Origin: Planctomycetota bacterium
GTDB lineage: Bacteria > Planctomycetota > MHYJ01 > JACPTZ01
NCBI GenBank assembly: GCA_016192525.1
Contig: JACPTZ010000218.1
Location: 9,490-73,489 of the forward strand
Direction of reading: 5' to 3'
DNA length: 64,000 nt
The translations under genes and the position numbers were made by a program. This document shows, in pieces, positions 37,377 through 46,261 of the stretch (position 1 is its first letter; the number at the start of each line of letters is the position of its first letter). The notes below the pieces were generated by a model. It searched no databases. It saw nothing but the letters and a program-made list of their open reading frames with translations, and had not been told where the DNA came from.

Positions 37377-39328
37377 CGAAACTCTGGTCCCACATCCCGG
37401 AATCGCGGTCGTCTCACGCCGCCCTGGCCGCGCGCAGCGGCGACGTCCTCGGCGGCGATGCCGAGGGTCGCTTGTGGAGCCTGGAGGCCGCCGGCGGCAC
37501 GATCCGATGGCGGACGAGCGTGGTGGCGCCCGTGCGGGCCCTCGCGATCTCGTCCGATGGCCGCCGGGCGTACGTCCTCGGGAGCCGGGGACACTTTGCG
37601 ATGCTTGATGAGAAGGGCGCGGTCGTCCGACAGGAGAAGCTCCAGCCCGAAGTCTCCCTGATGGACCTCGAACCCGCCGAACAATTCGTTCTCTTCTCCG
37701 ACGGCGTCTCGACCACGTGGCTCCGTGACCTCCGGACGCACCAGATGCAGCGCCGGGCACTCGCTTCGGAGGTCGCCTCGCTCCGCCTCATCCCGGTCCG
37801 GAACGACCTGGTCGCGCTTCTCACGTCGGGAACCGCGGCGGTGCTGCCGCTGGAGGGCGGTCTGCCGAAACGGATCCGCGGCGACACCTCGCTCGTGGCG
37901 GTGGATGTCGCGGCCCATGGAAACCTGATCGCGTTCGCGGCGGGATCGGCCGGCGTCTTTCTCACCGACGGGGTCGGAAACGAGACCGCCCGTTTCATGC
38001 TCGACGATGGCTCCGCGGTCCTCCACATCGGGTGCGACGCAGCCGGGGAGCGACTCGCCGTCGCGGACAACCGCGGCCGCGTGCTCCTCCTCGATCGCGA
38101 CGGCCGGATCCTCTGGCATCGCCCGGCCGAAGCCTCCGGTCCTGTCTCGGGCCTTCGTCTCACCGGGAACGGCGAGCGGCTTCTCGTGATCGCGGGGGAC
38201 GGCGCGCTTTGGATGTACGATCTGGCGGCCGGCGGCGCTTCCGCGACCTCCTCAGGCGCCGCTCCCACGGCGCACTCCAACGCTCCGGGTGGAGCGCGCC
38301 GCGCAAGCGTCGAGGGGGAGAGAGGCCCGCTTTGGACGATTCCCGCCTTCGGGGGGATCCGCTCCAACTACCTCGGGGCGGCGGCGGTTTCTCCGGATGC
38401 GGGGCTCGTGGGTTTCCTCGATCGCGAGCGCCGCGAGGCCCGTCTCTACGATCGGCGCGGGACCCTGCTCTCTTCGGCGCGGGCGGACGGGACCGATCTC
38501 GCCATTGCGTTCATCGACGCGGAGCATCTCGTCGTCACCGGTTCCGAAGGGGTGCTCCTTCTGACTCCCTCCACGAAGGGCGCCTCGATGCAGAAGGCGC
38601 CGCGCGATTCCTTCACGGGGATGGCGCTGGCGCCGGGCGTGCCGTTCGCCCTCGCGTGGACTTCCCTCGGAACGGCGGTCGCCCAGGAATGGACCGGCGC
38701 CGCCCGCTGGTCGGGGAGCGCGGGAGGGAGCCGGATCACTCACGGCGCCCTGACGCCGCAGCGGGCGTGGATCGTGAACGCCGCCGGGGCCGTGGCGGAA
38801 CTGGGCCCGGACGGAAAACTTCTCTCGAAATCGACGCCGCTCTCCGCTCCGCCGGCCGCCGCCGCCGGATGGGGGAATTTCCTGGCGCTGGGCGCCGGGA
38901 GGGAGGTCCTCGTGATCGCGCCGGGGGGAAAGACATTCCGCACGCTGAAGTGTCGCGGCACGGTGGCGGCCCTGCATGTGCTCGGAGATCACCTCCTCGT
39001 TCGCGATGCACAGGACCGTCTCACCATGTACAATCTCGTGGGCCTGGAGGAAGCGTCGGGCGGTCCCTGGCCCGGCCGCTGGGCCGTCGCTGAATCGGCC
39101 GAGTTCGGCGGGATCGTGCTCCTCCAGGCGGAAGTCGACATCCTGACCTGCCACCGCCCCGGAGGCGCCGGGGTGGCATGGCGGGTGAAGATGGAGGAGC
39201 CGATCGTCGATGTGGAGGCGAGCGCCGACGGCCGCTTCGGCGTGGTCCTCGACGGCCCGCGGATGTCGCTCTGGCCGATCGGCTCCGCCACGCTGCCGGA
39301 GGCGAGAGAGAGTTACCTGGAACTGTAG
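37373..39328 (+). CDS. cytoplasmic beta-propeller (WD40/PQQ-like) repeat protein
   Basis: GTG 37373 overlaps the helicase TGA (GTGA); 651 aa of repeated ..DG..L.V....G.l.l.D..G pattern; no signal peptide; the track ORF start 35618 is an artefactual extension. Confidence 0.6.
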   Translation: MTKLWSHIPESRSSHAALAARSGDVLGGDAEGRLWSLEAAGGTIRWRTSVVAPVRALAISSDGRRAYVLGSRGHFAMLDEKGAVVRQEKLQPEVSLMDLEPAEQFVLFSDGVSTTWLRDLRTHQMQRRALASEVASLRLIPVRNDLVALLTSGTAAVLPLEGGLPKRIRGDTSLVAVDVAAHGNLIAFAAGSAGVFLTDGVGNETARFMLDDGSAVLHIGCDAAGERLAVADNRGRVLLLDRDGRILWHRPAEASGPVSGLRLTGNGERLLVIAGDGALWMYDLAAGGASATSSGAAPTAHSNAPGGARRASVEGERGPLWTIPAFGGIRSNYLGAAAVSPDAGLVGFLDRERREARLYDRRGTLLSSARADGTDLAIAFIDAEHLVVTGSEGVLLLTPSTKGASMQKAPRDSFTGMALAPGVPFALAWTSLGTAVAQEWTGAARWSGSAGGSRITHGALTPQRAWIVNAAGAVAELGPDGKLLSKSTPLSAPPAAAAGWGNFLALGAGREVLVIAPGGKTFRTLKCRGTVAALHVLGDHLLVRDAQDRLTMYNLVGLEEASGGPWPGRWAVAESAEFGGIVLLQAEVDILTCHRPGGAGVAWRVKMEEPIVDVEASADGRFGVVLDGPRMSLWPIGSATLPEARESYLEL

Positions 39329-39336
39329 CGCAGGGA

Positions 39337-39488
39337 TGTCATCCTGAGCGTCGGGCGCAGCCCCGCGGCAGATGCCGCGGGGCTGCGCCCGACGCGAAGG
39401 AACACCAGCCCGGCCCCAGGAAGGCGCTTGTTCTCAGGCAACGCTGGCGATCCTTCGCCTCGGCCTGCGGCCGAGGCTCAGGAGCACA
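39337..39488. repeat. family C nested-palindrome element, copy 2 (right end degenerate)
   Basis: tgtcatcctgagc at 39337-39349; right half gctggcgatccttcgcctcggcctgcggccgaggctcaggagcaca nearly identical to 24571-24616. Confidence 0.75.
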
Positions 39489-39505
39489 AGATCGGAGGAC
39501 CATCC

Positions 39506-41017
39506 ATGCCCCCCTTCAAGACCGAACTCGATCTCTACATCCGCTCCCGCTACCCGGTGATCTACGTCACCACCTGGGAGGAGGAGCGGGCGGAACGCGT
39601 CCTCACCGAGGTCGCCCAGCCGCTCGGCAAGGAACTCCACGTCTGGACCTCCTCCGAGGGATTCCGCGGGATCGACGCCTCCTGCACCGGCCCGCTGGAG
39701 GCCCTCGACATGATCGCCCGCTCCGGCGCCCGCGCCGTCTTCGTCCTCAAGGACTTCCACGTCTACCTCGAAGACGCCAAGGTCATCCGACGCATGCGCG
39801 ACCTCGTCGCGCTGCTCAAGAAATCGTTCAAGACGGTCGTCCTGCTTTCCCCCCAGTCGAAGGTCCCAGTCGAACTCGAGAAGGACTTCGTCGTCCTGCC
39901 GCTGCCGCTTCCCGACGCGGGCGAACTCCGGGCGGTCCTCACGAACTTTCTGAAGTCGCTCGACGGCGCCCGCGGAGTCCGGATCGACACGAATGAGGCG
40001 CTCATGGAGCGGGTCGTGAAGGCCTCGCTCGGTCTCACGGAGGCGCAGGCGGCGAACGTCTACGCCAAGGCCATCGTGAACGACCGGGCCTTCAGCATGG
40101 ACGATCTCCCGCTCATCAGCGGCGAGAAGAAGCAGGTCCTCCTCCAGACCGGGCTTCTCGAATACTACGACTCGGACCAGTCGGTGGCGGACATCGGCGG
40201 GCTGGACGAACTCAAGCGCTGGCTCGGGGAGCGGAACGACGCCTTCAGCGAGAAGGCGAGGGCCTACGGCCTTCCGGAGCCGAAAGGGGTGCTGCTCCTC
40301 GGGGTGCAGGGGTGCGGGAAGTCGCTCTGCTCGAAGGCGATCGCGGCGGTCTGGAAGCTGCCGCTCCTCCGGTTCGACGTCGGCGCCGTCTTCGGCAAGT
40401 TCATGGGGCAGTCCGAGGAAAACATGCGGAAGGCGCTCTCGATCGCGGAGTCGCTCGCGCCGGCGGTGCTCTGGTTCGACGAGATCGAGAAGGGGCTGAG
40501 CGGGATGAAGGGCTCCGCGGCCGCCGATTCCGGGACCACGGCGCGGGTCTTCGGCACCTTCCTGACCTGGATGCAGGAGAAGACGAAGCCGGTCTTCGTG
40601 GTGGCCACGGCGAATTCGATCGAGGACATGCCGCCGGAACTGCTCCGCAAGGGGCGGTTCGACGAGATTTTCTTCGTCGACCTCCCCACGCTTTCGGAGC
40701 GGCAGACGATCTTCGACATCCACCTCCGGCGGCGGAAGCGCGACGCGAAGAAGTTCGACGTGGTCCGCCTCGCCCGCGAGGGGGACCAGTTCAGCGGGGC
40801 GGAAATCGAGCAGGCGATCGTCTCGGCGATGTACACGGCGTTCGCCCAGAATCGGGAGTTCACCACGGACGACGTCTCCCGGAGCATCGCGGAGACCGTC
40901 CCGCTCGCGCGCACGATGGCGGAGAAGATCGAGGAACTGCGCGAGTGGGCGAAGTGGCGCACCCGGCCGGCGTCCAGAATTCCCGCGAAGGCGCCCCTCA
41001 CGACTCCGGCGCCGTAG
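39506..41017 (+). CDS. classical-clade AAA+ ATPase (Ycf46/CDC48-like single AAA module with N-terminal domain)
   Basis: RBS GGAGGA 39494-39499; Walker A GVQGCGKS, Walker B VLWFDEIEK, ATAN sensor-1, RKGRFDEIFFV; N-terminus YIRSRYPVIYVTTWEEER recalled as Ycf46-like (unverified). Confidence 0.85.
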   Translation: MPPFKTELDLYIRSRYPVIYVTTWEEERAERVLTEVAQPLGKELHVWTSSEGFRGIDASCTGPLEALDMIARSGARAVFVLKDFHVYLEDAKVIRRMRDLVALLKKSFKTVVLLSPQSKVPVELEKDFVVLPLPLPDAGELRAVLTNFLKSLDGARGVRIDTNEALMERVVKASLGLTEAQAANVYAKAIVNDRAFSMDDLPLISGEKKQVLLQTGLLEYYDSDQSVADIGGLDELKRWLGERNDAFSEKARAYGLPEPKGVLLLGVQGCGKSLCSKAIAAVWKLPLLRFDVGAVFGKFMGQSEENMRKALSIAESLAPAVLWFDEIEKGLSGMKGSAAADSGTTARVFGTFLTWMQEKTKPVFVVATANSIEDMPPELLRKGRFDEIFFVDLPTLSERQTIFDIHLRRRKRDAKKFDVVRLAREGDQFSGAEIEQAIVSAMYTAFAQNREFTTDDVSRSIAETVPLARTMAEKIEELREWAKWRTRPASRIPAKAPLTTPAP

Positions 41018-41057
41018 CCAATCCCCCTCTGCCCCGGCATCGGCTGCAAACTCCCTA

Positions 41058-41089
41058 TTGACAGGCATCATCATCATCATCATGATAAT
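41058..41089 (+). promoter_or_regulatory. candidate promoter with (CAT)6 microsatellite in the spacer, family D copy 1
   Basis: TTGACA (41058-41063), gg + (CAT)6 (41066-41083), GATAAT (41084-41089); spacer 20 nt. Confidence 0.45.
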
Positions 41090-41141
41090 GGCGGTTCGTC
41101 AGCGTGTCGGGATTGGCAGACCCTGATCACGGAGGCGGGCC

Positions 41142-42181
41142 ATGGGGACGAGGAAACGGGCGTGGGGTGCGCTGCGAAAACGGGCGTTGGAGTGCGCCGC
41201 GGAAGCGGCGCCGGGGCGCATGGCGGGAGCGGCGCTTGTGGTGATGATTGCGCTGCTCACGTTCGCGGGAAGCGTCCGCGACGCCAGGGCGCAGACGCCC
41301 GGCCCCGGCGGGATCGTCATCATCGGGGTAGATCTCTCAGGCCAGTGGAACTTCGACATGACGGTGCTGACCGCCTCGGATCCGGCGATGATCGGACGCA
41401 CCTTGACCGGCGAGTTCACGGTGACCGGCGGTGTTCCCTCCTGACCATCACGCGGCCAGCGACGCAGACGCCGGCGGAGCGGATCGGGAGCGCGTTTCAG
41501 GCAGCGTCGCGGCGCATGTCGGATACGGCTTCGCTGGCGGCCGCGAGTATCCGATCGATCGTTGACGCCGCCCTGGTCGAGATGGCGGACGCCGCGACGA
41601 TGGAAGAGGCGCGCCTTGTCGAACGGAACGCGAAAACCGGGATCTCGGTGGTGGTTTGGTCCGCCTTCCGACAGATCGAAGAGGACATGAGGGGCTTCCG
41701 TTCCGCTGCGGACGAGATTGTCATCTCAGCTAGCGAGGTGGATCAGTGTCTCCTGCGTCGCCTTGCGGGGTCCATGACCGGGCAGATCGGCGCGCGGGCA
41801 GGCGAGGCAAAACGGAGCATAACCGTTGCTTCACACGAGGGACGGATGTTGCTTCAGGATGGAAGCAAGGAGAATCCACCCGCAGCTCCCCCGCTGCCGC
41901 CGAAGAAAATGGAGCACAAGATCAAAGTTCGGTTCGACGGGGAGACTACCTATCCCTATTCTCCCGACGACAAGCCGACTGAGCCTGCGGCGCGGAAGAA
42001 TCTCAACCAGGACACCCATCTGCCTGTTGAATTGAAGGCGCAGTTTCAAATCAGGCTTTTCTGCGACGAGGACGAAGTGGACTGCGTCCAATTTGAGATC
42101 CACATCTTCGTCGATGAGGGTCCCGGTGGGTCGATTGTTTTCAAGTCCGATCCACCAAAGATAGTGGAGTGCGAGCCTTAG
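41142..42181 (+). pseudogene. family D secreted protein, copy 1, disrupted by an out-of-frame internal deletion
   Basis: Frame 0 ORF 41142-41444 (signal peptide + AQTPGPGGIVIIGVDLSGQWNFDMTV..TVTGGVPS-stop) continues in the -1 frame (LTITRPATQTPAERIGSA.. to 42181). The intact paralog at 62778 has 228 nt where this copy has 8 nt. Confidence 0.55.
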
Positions 42182-42184
42182 GCG

Positions 42185-43483
42185 ATGGTCTATGCGAGAT
42201 CTTTCTCTTGTTCCTCGCTCTTGACGGCGCTGGTGATCTCCGTCGCCGCCGCTCAAGACCCTCTCATGGCCCCCGTCTCCGAGTCAAGCGAGGCGGAGGC
42301 TGCAGTGCAGGAGCTCAGAAATCTGCCTGACCCGGGGGACGATTGGGACCGATTGTCGGTTTGCCCCGCAGTCGCCAAGTGTGTCGCAGCAGATTGGCGC
42401 GCCGCCCCTGCGTTGGAGTCCCTGGCGAAGTCACCGGCTCCCCGTTGGGTCAGGGTCGCAGCACTGTACGCCCTTGGTCAGATCGGACTGTCCGCCGCTT
42501 CGCCCCATTCCTGGGCTGACGCCGGCGATCCCGTCCTCGGTGCAGCAATTGCATCCATGCTGGACAATGCAACACGCGCAGGTTCCATGTCCCATGATCT
42601 GCCAGCAACACTCGCTGAGACAGATAGTACATCTGCTCGACTGGTAGAGTTGTTCGGCAAACCCATTACCCTGAGTCCATCTGAAGAACGCAACCGTGTA
42701 GCGACGCTAATCGCCCGTCTCCAGACCTCGTCCTCCATCGGAATTCGCGGTCCGTCTGTCGAACTGCCGGATTCACGGATCATCGCGCTGCTTTCTCTGC
42801 ATTGGGACGAAACGGCCCGACAGATTCGACCGGCGTTGCTCCAGGACAGTGGAGCATTCTGTCGTCGAACGCTCTACGCCACTCTCGCGCTGAGTTCTCC
42901 CGGAGCCCTGGCGGATCGCGGGGACCTACAGCTTGTCCTTACCGATTGCCCGCACATGGAGTCCACCAGTCCCATCGACTCGCTCCTGATGCTCTACGGA
43001 CTCGCCAAGGTCGGCACTCCGGCAGCCATTGCAAAGATGCGCTCGCTGCAGTGTTCCCCGTCGTCTCCATCGCTTGCGGGCATCTTGGAGAGACTGCTGC
43101 GCGACCCGCAAACTCTCGATCTCACGCATCTCATGCAAGACGTCCGCTCAGTCTCGTCGCCCGGAGAAGACAGCCGAGGCGGACGCGGAGCCAATCTCAC
43201 GCACTTTCCCTGGTCTCGCAGCCCGGACCCAGGAAATCCCATGGGGCCGCGCGTAGGAGGGGCGGTGGCGGCCATGACGCCAGATCCGCCGCCGCAGTGG
43301 CCCGAAACAATCACAGCGAGAGAGATTCACCGTAGCAATGGGCCGGATTGTCGCACCCCGGAGCCTTCGAGTTCCCAGCGGAGCAGTCTCGAGGAGACCT
43401 CGTTGGCATCCTGGTTTACGATCGGCCTCGCCCTACTCACCGTTGTCGCTGCCATTGCCTTGTGGCGGCGCGGCAGGCACTAA
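42185..43483 (+). CDS. hypothetical HEAT/ARM-like repeat protein with N-terminal signal peptide and C-terminal TM anchor
   Basis: 432 aa; starts 4 nt after the D1 stop; MVYARSFSCSSLLTALVISVAAA/QD; C-terminal WFTIGLALLTVVAAIALW; visibly lower GC and weaker GC3 bias than neighbours. Confidence 0.55.
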   Translation: MVYARSFSCSSLLTALVISVAAAQDPLMAPVSESSEAEAAVQELRNLPDPGDDWDRLSVCPAVAKCVAADWRAAPALESLAKSPAPRWVRVAALYALGQIGLSAASPHSWADAGDPVLGAAIASMLDNATRAGSMSHDLPATLAETDSTSARLVELFGKPITLSPSEERNRVATLIARLQTSSSIGIRGPSVELPDSRIIALLSLHWDETARQIRPALLQDSGAFCRRTLYATLALSSPGALADRGDLQLVLTDCPHMESTSPIDSLLMLYGLAKVGTPAAIAKMRSLQCSPSSPSLAGILERLLRDPQTLDLTHLMQDVRSVSSPGEDSRGGRGANLTHFPWSRSPDPGNPMGPRVGGAVAAMTPDPPPQWPETITAREIHRSNGPDCRTPEPSSSQRSSLEETSLASWFTIGLALLTVVAAIALWRRGRH

Positions 43484-43539
43484 GTAAGTGCGCTTCGCGC
43501 CCACGAGGCGGTCTGCCATGTCATCGAGGGCGCGCCATC

Positions 43540-44370
43540 ATGTTTGCCCGCGCTTTCTTCGGCACCTCCTCCTGGTCCGAGAAGTCCTGGGACGGCGTCT
43601 TCTACCCGAAGGGGATGGCGCCCGGGGACTACCTCGCCCACTACGCCACGGAGTTCGACACGGTCGAGGCGGACGTCACCTACTACCGCGTCCCCGACAG
43701 GAAGATGGTGGAGGGATGGAACCGGAAGACGCCCGACGGCTTCGTCCTCTCGGCCAAGTTCCCGCGGTCGGTGGTGCATGGCGGGGAGGAGGCGAAGCCG
43801 GACCCGGCGAGGGTGCTCGTCCCGAAGCACGTCTGGGATGACGCGGAGCGATTCCTGGCCTCGATGAGCCTCCTCGGAGGAAAGTGCGGACCGCTCGTCC
43901 TTCAGTTCCCGTACTTCAACAAGCAGGTCTTCGGCTCGATCGACCCGTTCCTCGAACGGCTCGACGCCTTCCTGGAGAGACTCCCGAAGGAATTCCGCTA
44001 CGGGGTGGAGATCCGCAACAAGGCCTGGGTGGCGAAGCCGCTCCTCTCGCTCCTCCAGAAGCGCCGGGCCGCCTTGGTGCTGGTCGATCTCGTCTACATG
44101 CCTCACCCGGCCGATCTGGCGGAGAAACTCGATCTCGTCACCACCGACTTCGTCTACGGCCGCCTCATCGGCGACCGGAACGCGATCGACGCCCTGACGG
44201 AGACCTTCGACAAGGTGGTGATCGACCAGAAGCCCCGCCTGGAGCGCTGGGCCGCCCTGCTCAAGACGTACATCTCCCGCGTCCCGATCGCCTACATGTA
44301 CGCGAACAACCACTACGCCGGGCATGCGCCGACGACGATCCGGGAACTGATCGACCTGATGAAAGCCTGA
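43540..44370 (+). CDS. DUF72 (UPF0759) family protein
   Basis: MFARAFFGTSSWSEKSWDGVFYPKG..YLAHYATEFDTVEADVTYY typical DUF72 N-terminus; ATG 43540 chosen over 43348. Confidence 0.8.
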   Translation: MFARAFFGTSSWSEKSWDGVFYPKGMAPGDYLAHYATEFDTVEADVTYYRVPDRKMVEGWNRKTPDGFVLSAKFPRSVVHGGEEAKPDPARVLVPKHVWDDAERFLASMSLLGGKCGPLVLQFPYFNKQVFGSIDPFLERLDAFLERLPKEFRYGVEIRNKAWVAKPLLSLLQKRRAALVLVDLVYMPHPADLAEKLDLVTTDFVYGRLIGDRNAIDALTETFDKVVIDQKPRLERWAALLKTYISRVPIAYMYANNHYAGHAPTTIRELIDLMKA

Positions 44371-44488
44371 CATGCTGATGGTCCATCTGATCTGGAATGG
44401 TCATGGGTACCTGGCCTTTGTGGGCACGGTCGCCATCGGGGCGCTCATCCAGTCCTCGGTGGGTCACTCGGGGAATAGCCCGGCGCGA

Positions 44489-45667
44489 TCAGAAAATGTC
44501 GCCGGCATGGAGCCTTCGGAGAAACTCCGTCGCCGGGAGGACGTCGAACCCGTCGAAGCGGTAAGACCGCGGCCCCGTGTAGACTCCTATCATCCTCTGC
44601 ACGCGCACCCCTTTCTGTGAGGCCAGATCGCGCAGCGGCCGCTCCCACCCCCGGTCCCATCTCTCGGCGAGCTTCACCTCGATTCCGACGACCTGCGCGG
44701 GGTGGGCCGAGGTCCGCTGCACCGTCTCGAGGATGAAGTCGATTTCGACTCCGGCGCTCGTGCGGTAGAACCGGATCGGGCAGTGCTTGTCGCTCACCTC
44801 GTTGTGAACGCGAATCTCGTGGAGGAGGTGTGCCTCCAGAGCACGCCCCAGCCACTCGCGCTCGGCGGGCTGACGGAGAAGTCCGGCGGCCCCGCGCGCC
44901 ACGCCGGCGTCGAACCAGTAGAACTTCGGATGGACCTGTTCCCGGACCTTGAAGTGGGGGCGCCACGCCGTGAGGAACTCGCCCAGGAGGGTGTCGGTCA
45001 GGACCGAGAAGTAGGACTCGACCGTGCTCCGCGGGACGGCGGCCTCGCGGGCGATGTTCTGCAGGTTGATCGTCTGTCCGTTCATCATGCCGGCGATGGC
45101 GAGGAATCGCAGGAACGGGTCGAGCCGGCGGAGAACGCCTTCCTCACGGATCTCCTCCCGAAGGTAAGTGTGCACGTAGGCCGTCAGGAGGTCTGCCGCG
45201 CCGGCCGCGTCCTCTCGAACGGCCGGAAGGTTTCCCCACTCCAGCGAGGAGCGCAGATCGAATCCGCTCCCGAGCTCGGCCGAGACGAAGGGGGCCATGC
45301 GGCGAGTGACGGCTCGGCCGGCCAGGAGATTCGCGCCGCCGCGCTTCAGTTTCCGGGCGGAGGAGCCACACAGGGCGAAACGCCACCGCCGCATCTGCAT
45401 CAATCGATGCACCTCGTCCAGGAGGGCCGGGATTCTCTGGATTTCATCGAGCACGATCCACGAGCCCGGCGGAAGGGTCCCGGCCATTCCCTCCAGGGCG
45501 GTGGGGGAGCGGCCGAGTTCCAGACTCGTCCGCGCGTCGAGCAGGTCCAGCCGAAGCGCCCCGGGAAGGGCTTCCATGAGCCAGGTGCTCTTGCCCACCC
45601 CGCGGGGCCCGAAGAGGAAGAACGACCGGTCCGGGACACACAGAAGGCGCTGGTGAAGGGGTTTCAT
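44489..45667 (-). CDS. AAA ATPase, COG1373-like (P-loop N-terminus, DUF4143-like C-terminus)
   Basis: Walker A LFGPRGVGKSTWL, Walker B IVLDEIQ; start MKPLHQRLL at 45667 (alternative 45706). Confidence 0.8.
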   Translation of the reverse strand: MKPLHQRLLCVPDRSFFLFGPRGVGKSTWLMEALPGALRLDLLDARTSLELGRSPTALEGMAGTLPPGSWIVLDEIQRIPALLDEVHRLMQMRRWRFALCGSSARKLKRGGANLLAGRAVTRRMAPFVSAELGSGFDLRSSLEWGNLPAVREDAAGAADLLTAYVHTYLREEIREEGVLRRLDPFLRFLAIAGMMNGQTINLQNIAREAAVPRSTVESYFSVLTDTLLGEFLTAWRPHFKVREQVHPKFYWFDAGVARGAAGLLRQPAEREWLGRALEAHLLHEIRVHNEVSDKHCPIRFYRTSAGVEIDFILETVQRTSAHPAQVVGIEVKLAERWDRGWERPLRDLASQKGVRVQRMIGVYTGPRSYRFDGFDVLPATEFLRRLHAGDIF

Positions 45668-45727
45668 GACGAGACGCATTATGACATTTGAATGGTTATA
45701 TTGCAATGCGTTTTCACAACAGTGTTG

Positions 45728-46261
45728 TCATTCTGCATCGTGCGGAAACCACGCCATGGTGAGATCGTCGAGGTGTCCACCGTCCGGGAGCCGGACCCGA
45801 CGGCGGAAACGACCCTCAACGACGAAGCCGAGCGACCGGTAGAGGGCGATGGCGGGTCGGTTCGTGGCGCGGACGAGGAGTTCGACCTTCCCCACGGAGG
45901 GAGTTCGTCGCGCCCAGGAGAGCAGTCCCTTCATGAGGGCCCGGCCGACCCCGCGTCCCCGCTCGCCGGGGTGGACGACGATGGTGAGCCGGTAGACGTG
46001 GGCGATCGACTCGAGCCCCATCGCCTCCAGGAAGGCGTGGCCGAGGATCCGCCGTCCCTCGCACGCGACCAGGTACCGTCCGCGCGGCCCCCCGATCGGC
46101 CCCCGGTGCCGCCCGTTCAGCTCGGCGATCTTTTCCCGGAAGGCCTCCAGCCGGAACTCGTGGGGGTGGGAAACGAGCAGGCCGGGAACGCGCGCCGTCT
46201 CGCGCTCGGCGGCAAAGAGCGTCACGGCATCGGCGGGTTGGGCGAGTCGGAGGCGGGGCAT
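45728..46261 (-). CDS. GNAT family N-acetyltransferase
   Basis: 177 aa; acetyl-CoA pocket VVHPGERGRGVGRALMKGLLSWA. Confidence 0.85.
   Translation of the reverse strand: MPRLRLAQPADAVTLFAAERETARVPGLLVSHPHEFRLEAFREKIAELNGRHRGPIGGPRGRYLVACEGRRILGHAFLEAMGLESIAHVYRLTIVVHPGERGRGVGRALMKGLLSWARRTPSVGKVELLVRATNRPAIALYRSLGFVVEGRFRRRVRLPDGGHLDDLTMAWFPHDAE

Noticed and set aside
34353-37760. 1135-aa minus-strand ORF, plus the 34338-37376 and 35618-39328 plus-strand extensions
   Set aside because: The minus ORF is antisense to the Ski2-like helicase. The upstream extensions of the helicase and beta-propeller ORFs overlap confirmed coding sequence in other frames and are Arg/Gly-rich. Starts at 34749 (ATG) and 37373 (GTG, overlapping the stop) fit better.
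39434-41083. Minus-strand ORF beginning MMMMMM, and plus-strand ORF 62318-62899 containing HHHHHHHH
   Set aside because: Both homopolymeric runs are just the (CAT)n/(ATG)n microsatellites read in frame. The first ORF is antisense to the AAA+ gene. The second overlaps the PRMT-like gene out of frame and is Arg/Pro-rich. The repeats are better explained as promoter-spacer microsatellites.
44372-44620. 82-aa plus-strand ORF in the convergent gap after the DUF72 gene
   Set aside because: It overlaps the 3' end of the minus-strand AAA ATPase gene, has no RBS, and has weak coding bias.
44489-46261. GNAT acetyltransferase plus AAA ATPase pair as a toxin-antitoxin or defence module
   Set aside because: There is no small antitoxin-like (RHH/DUF1778) ORF and no nuclease or effector domain. 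The 60-nt gap and ordinary GC bias give no support beyond adjacency.
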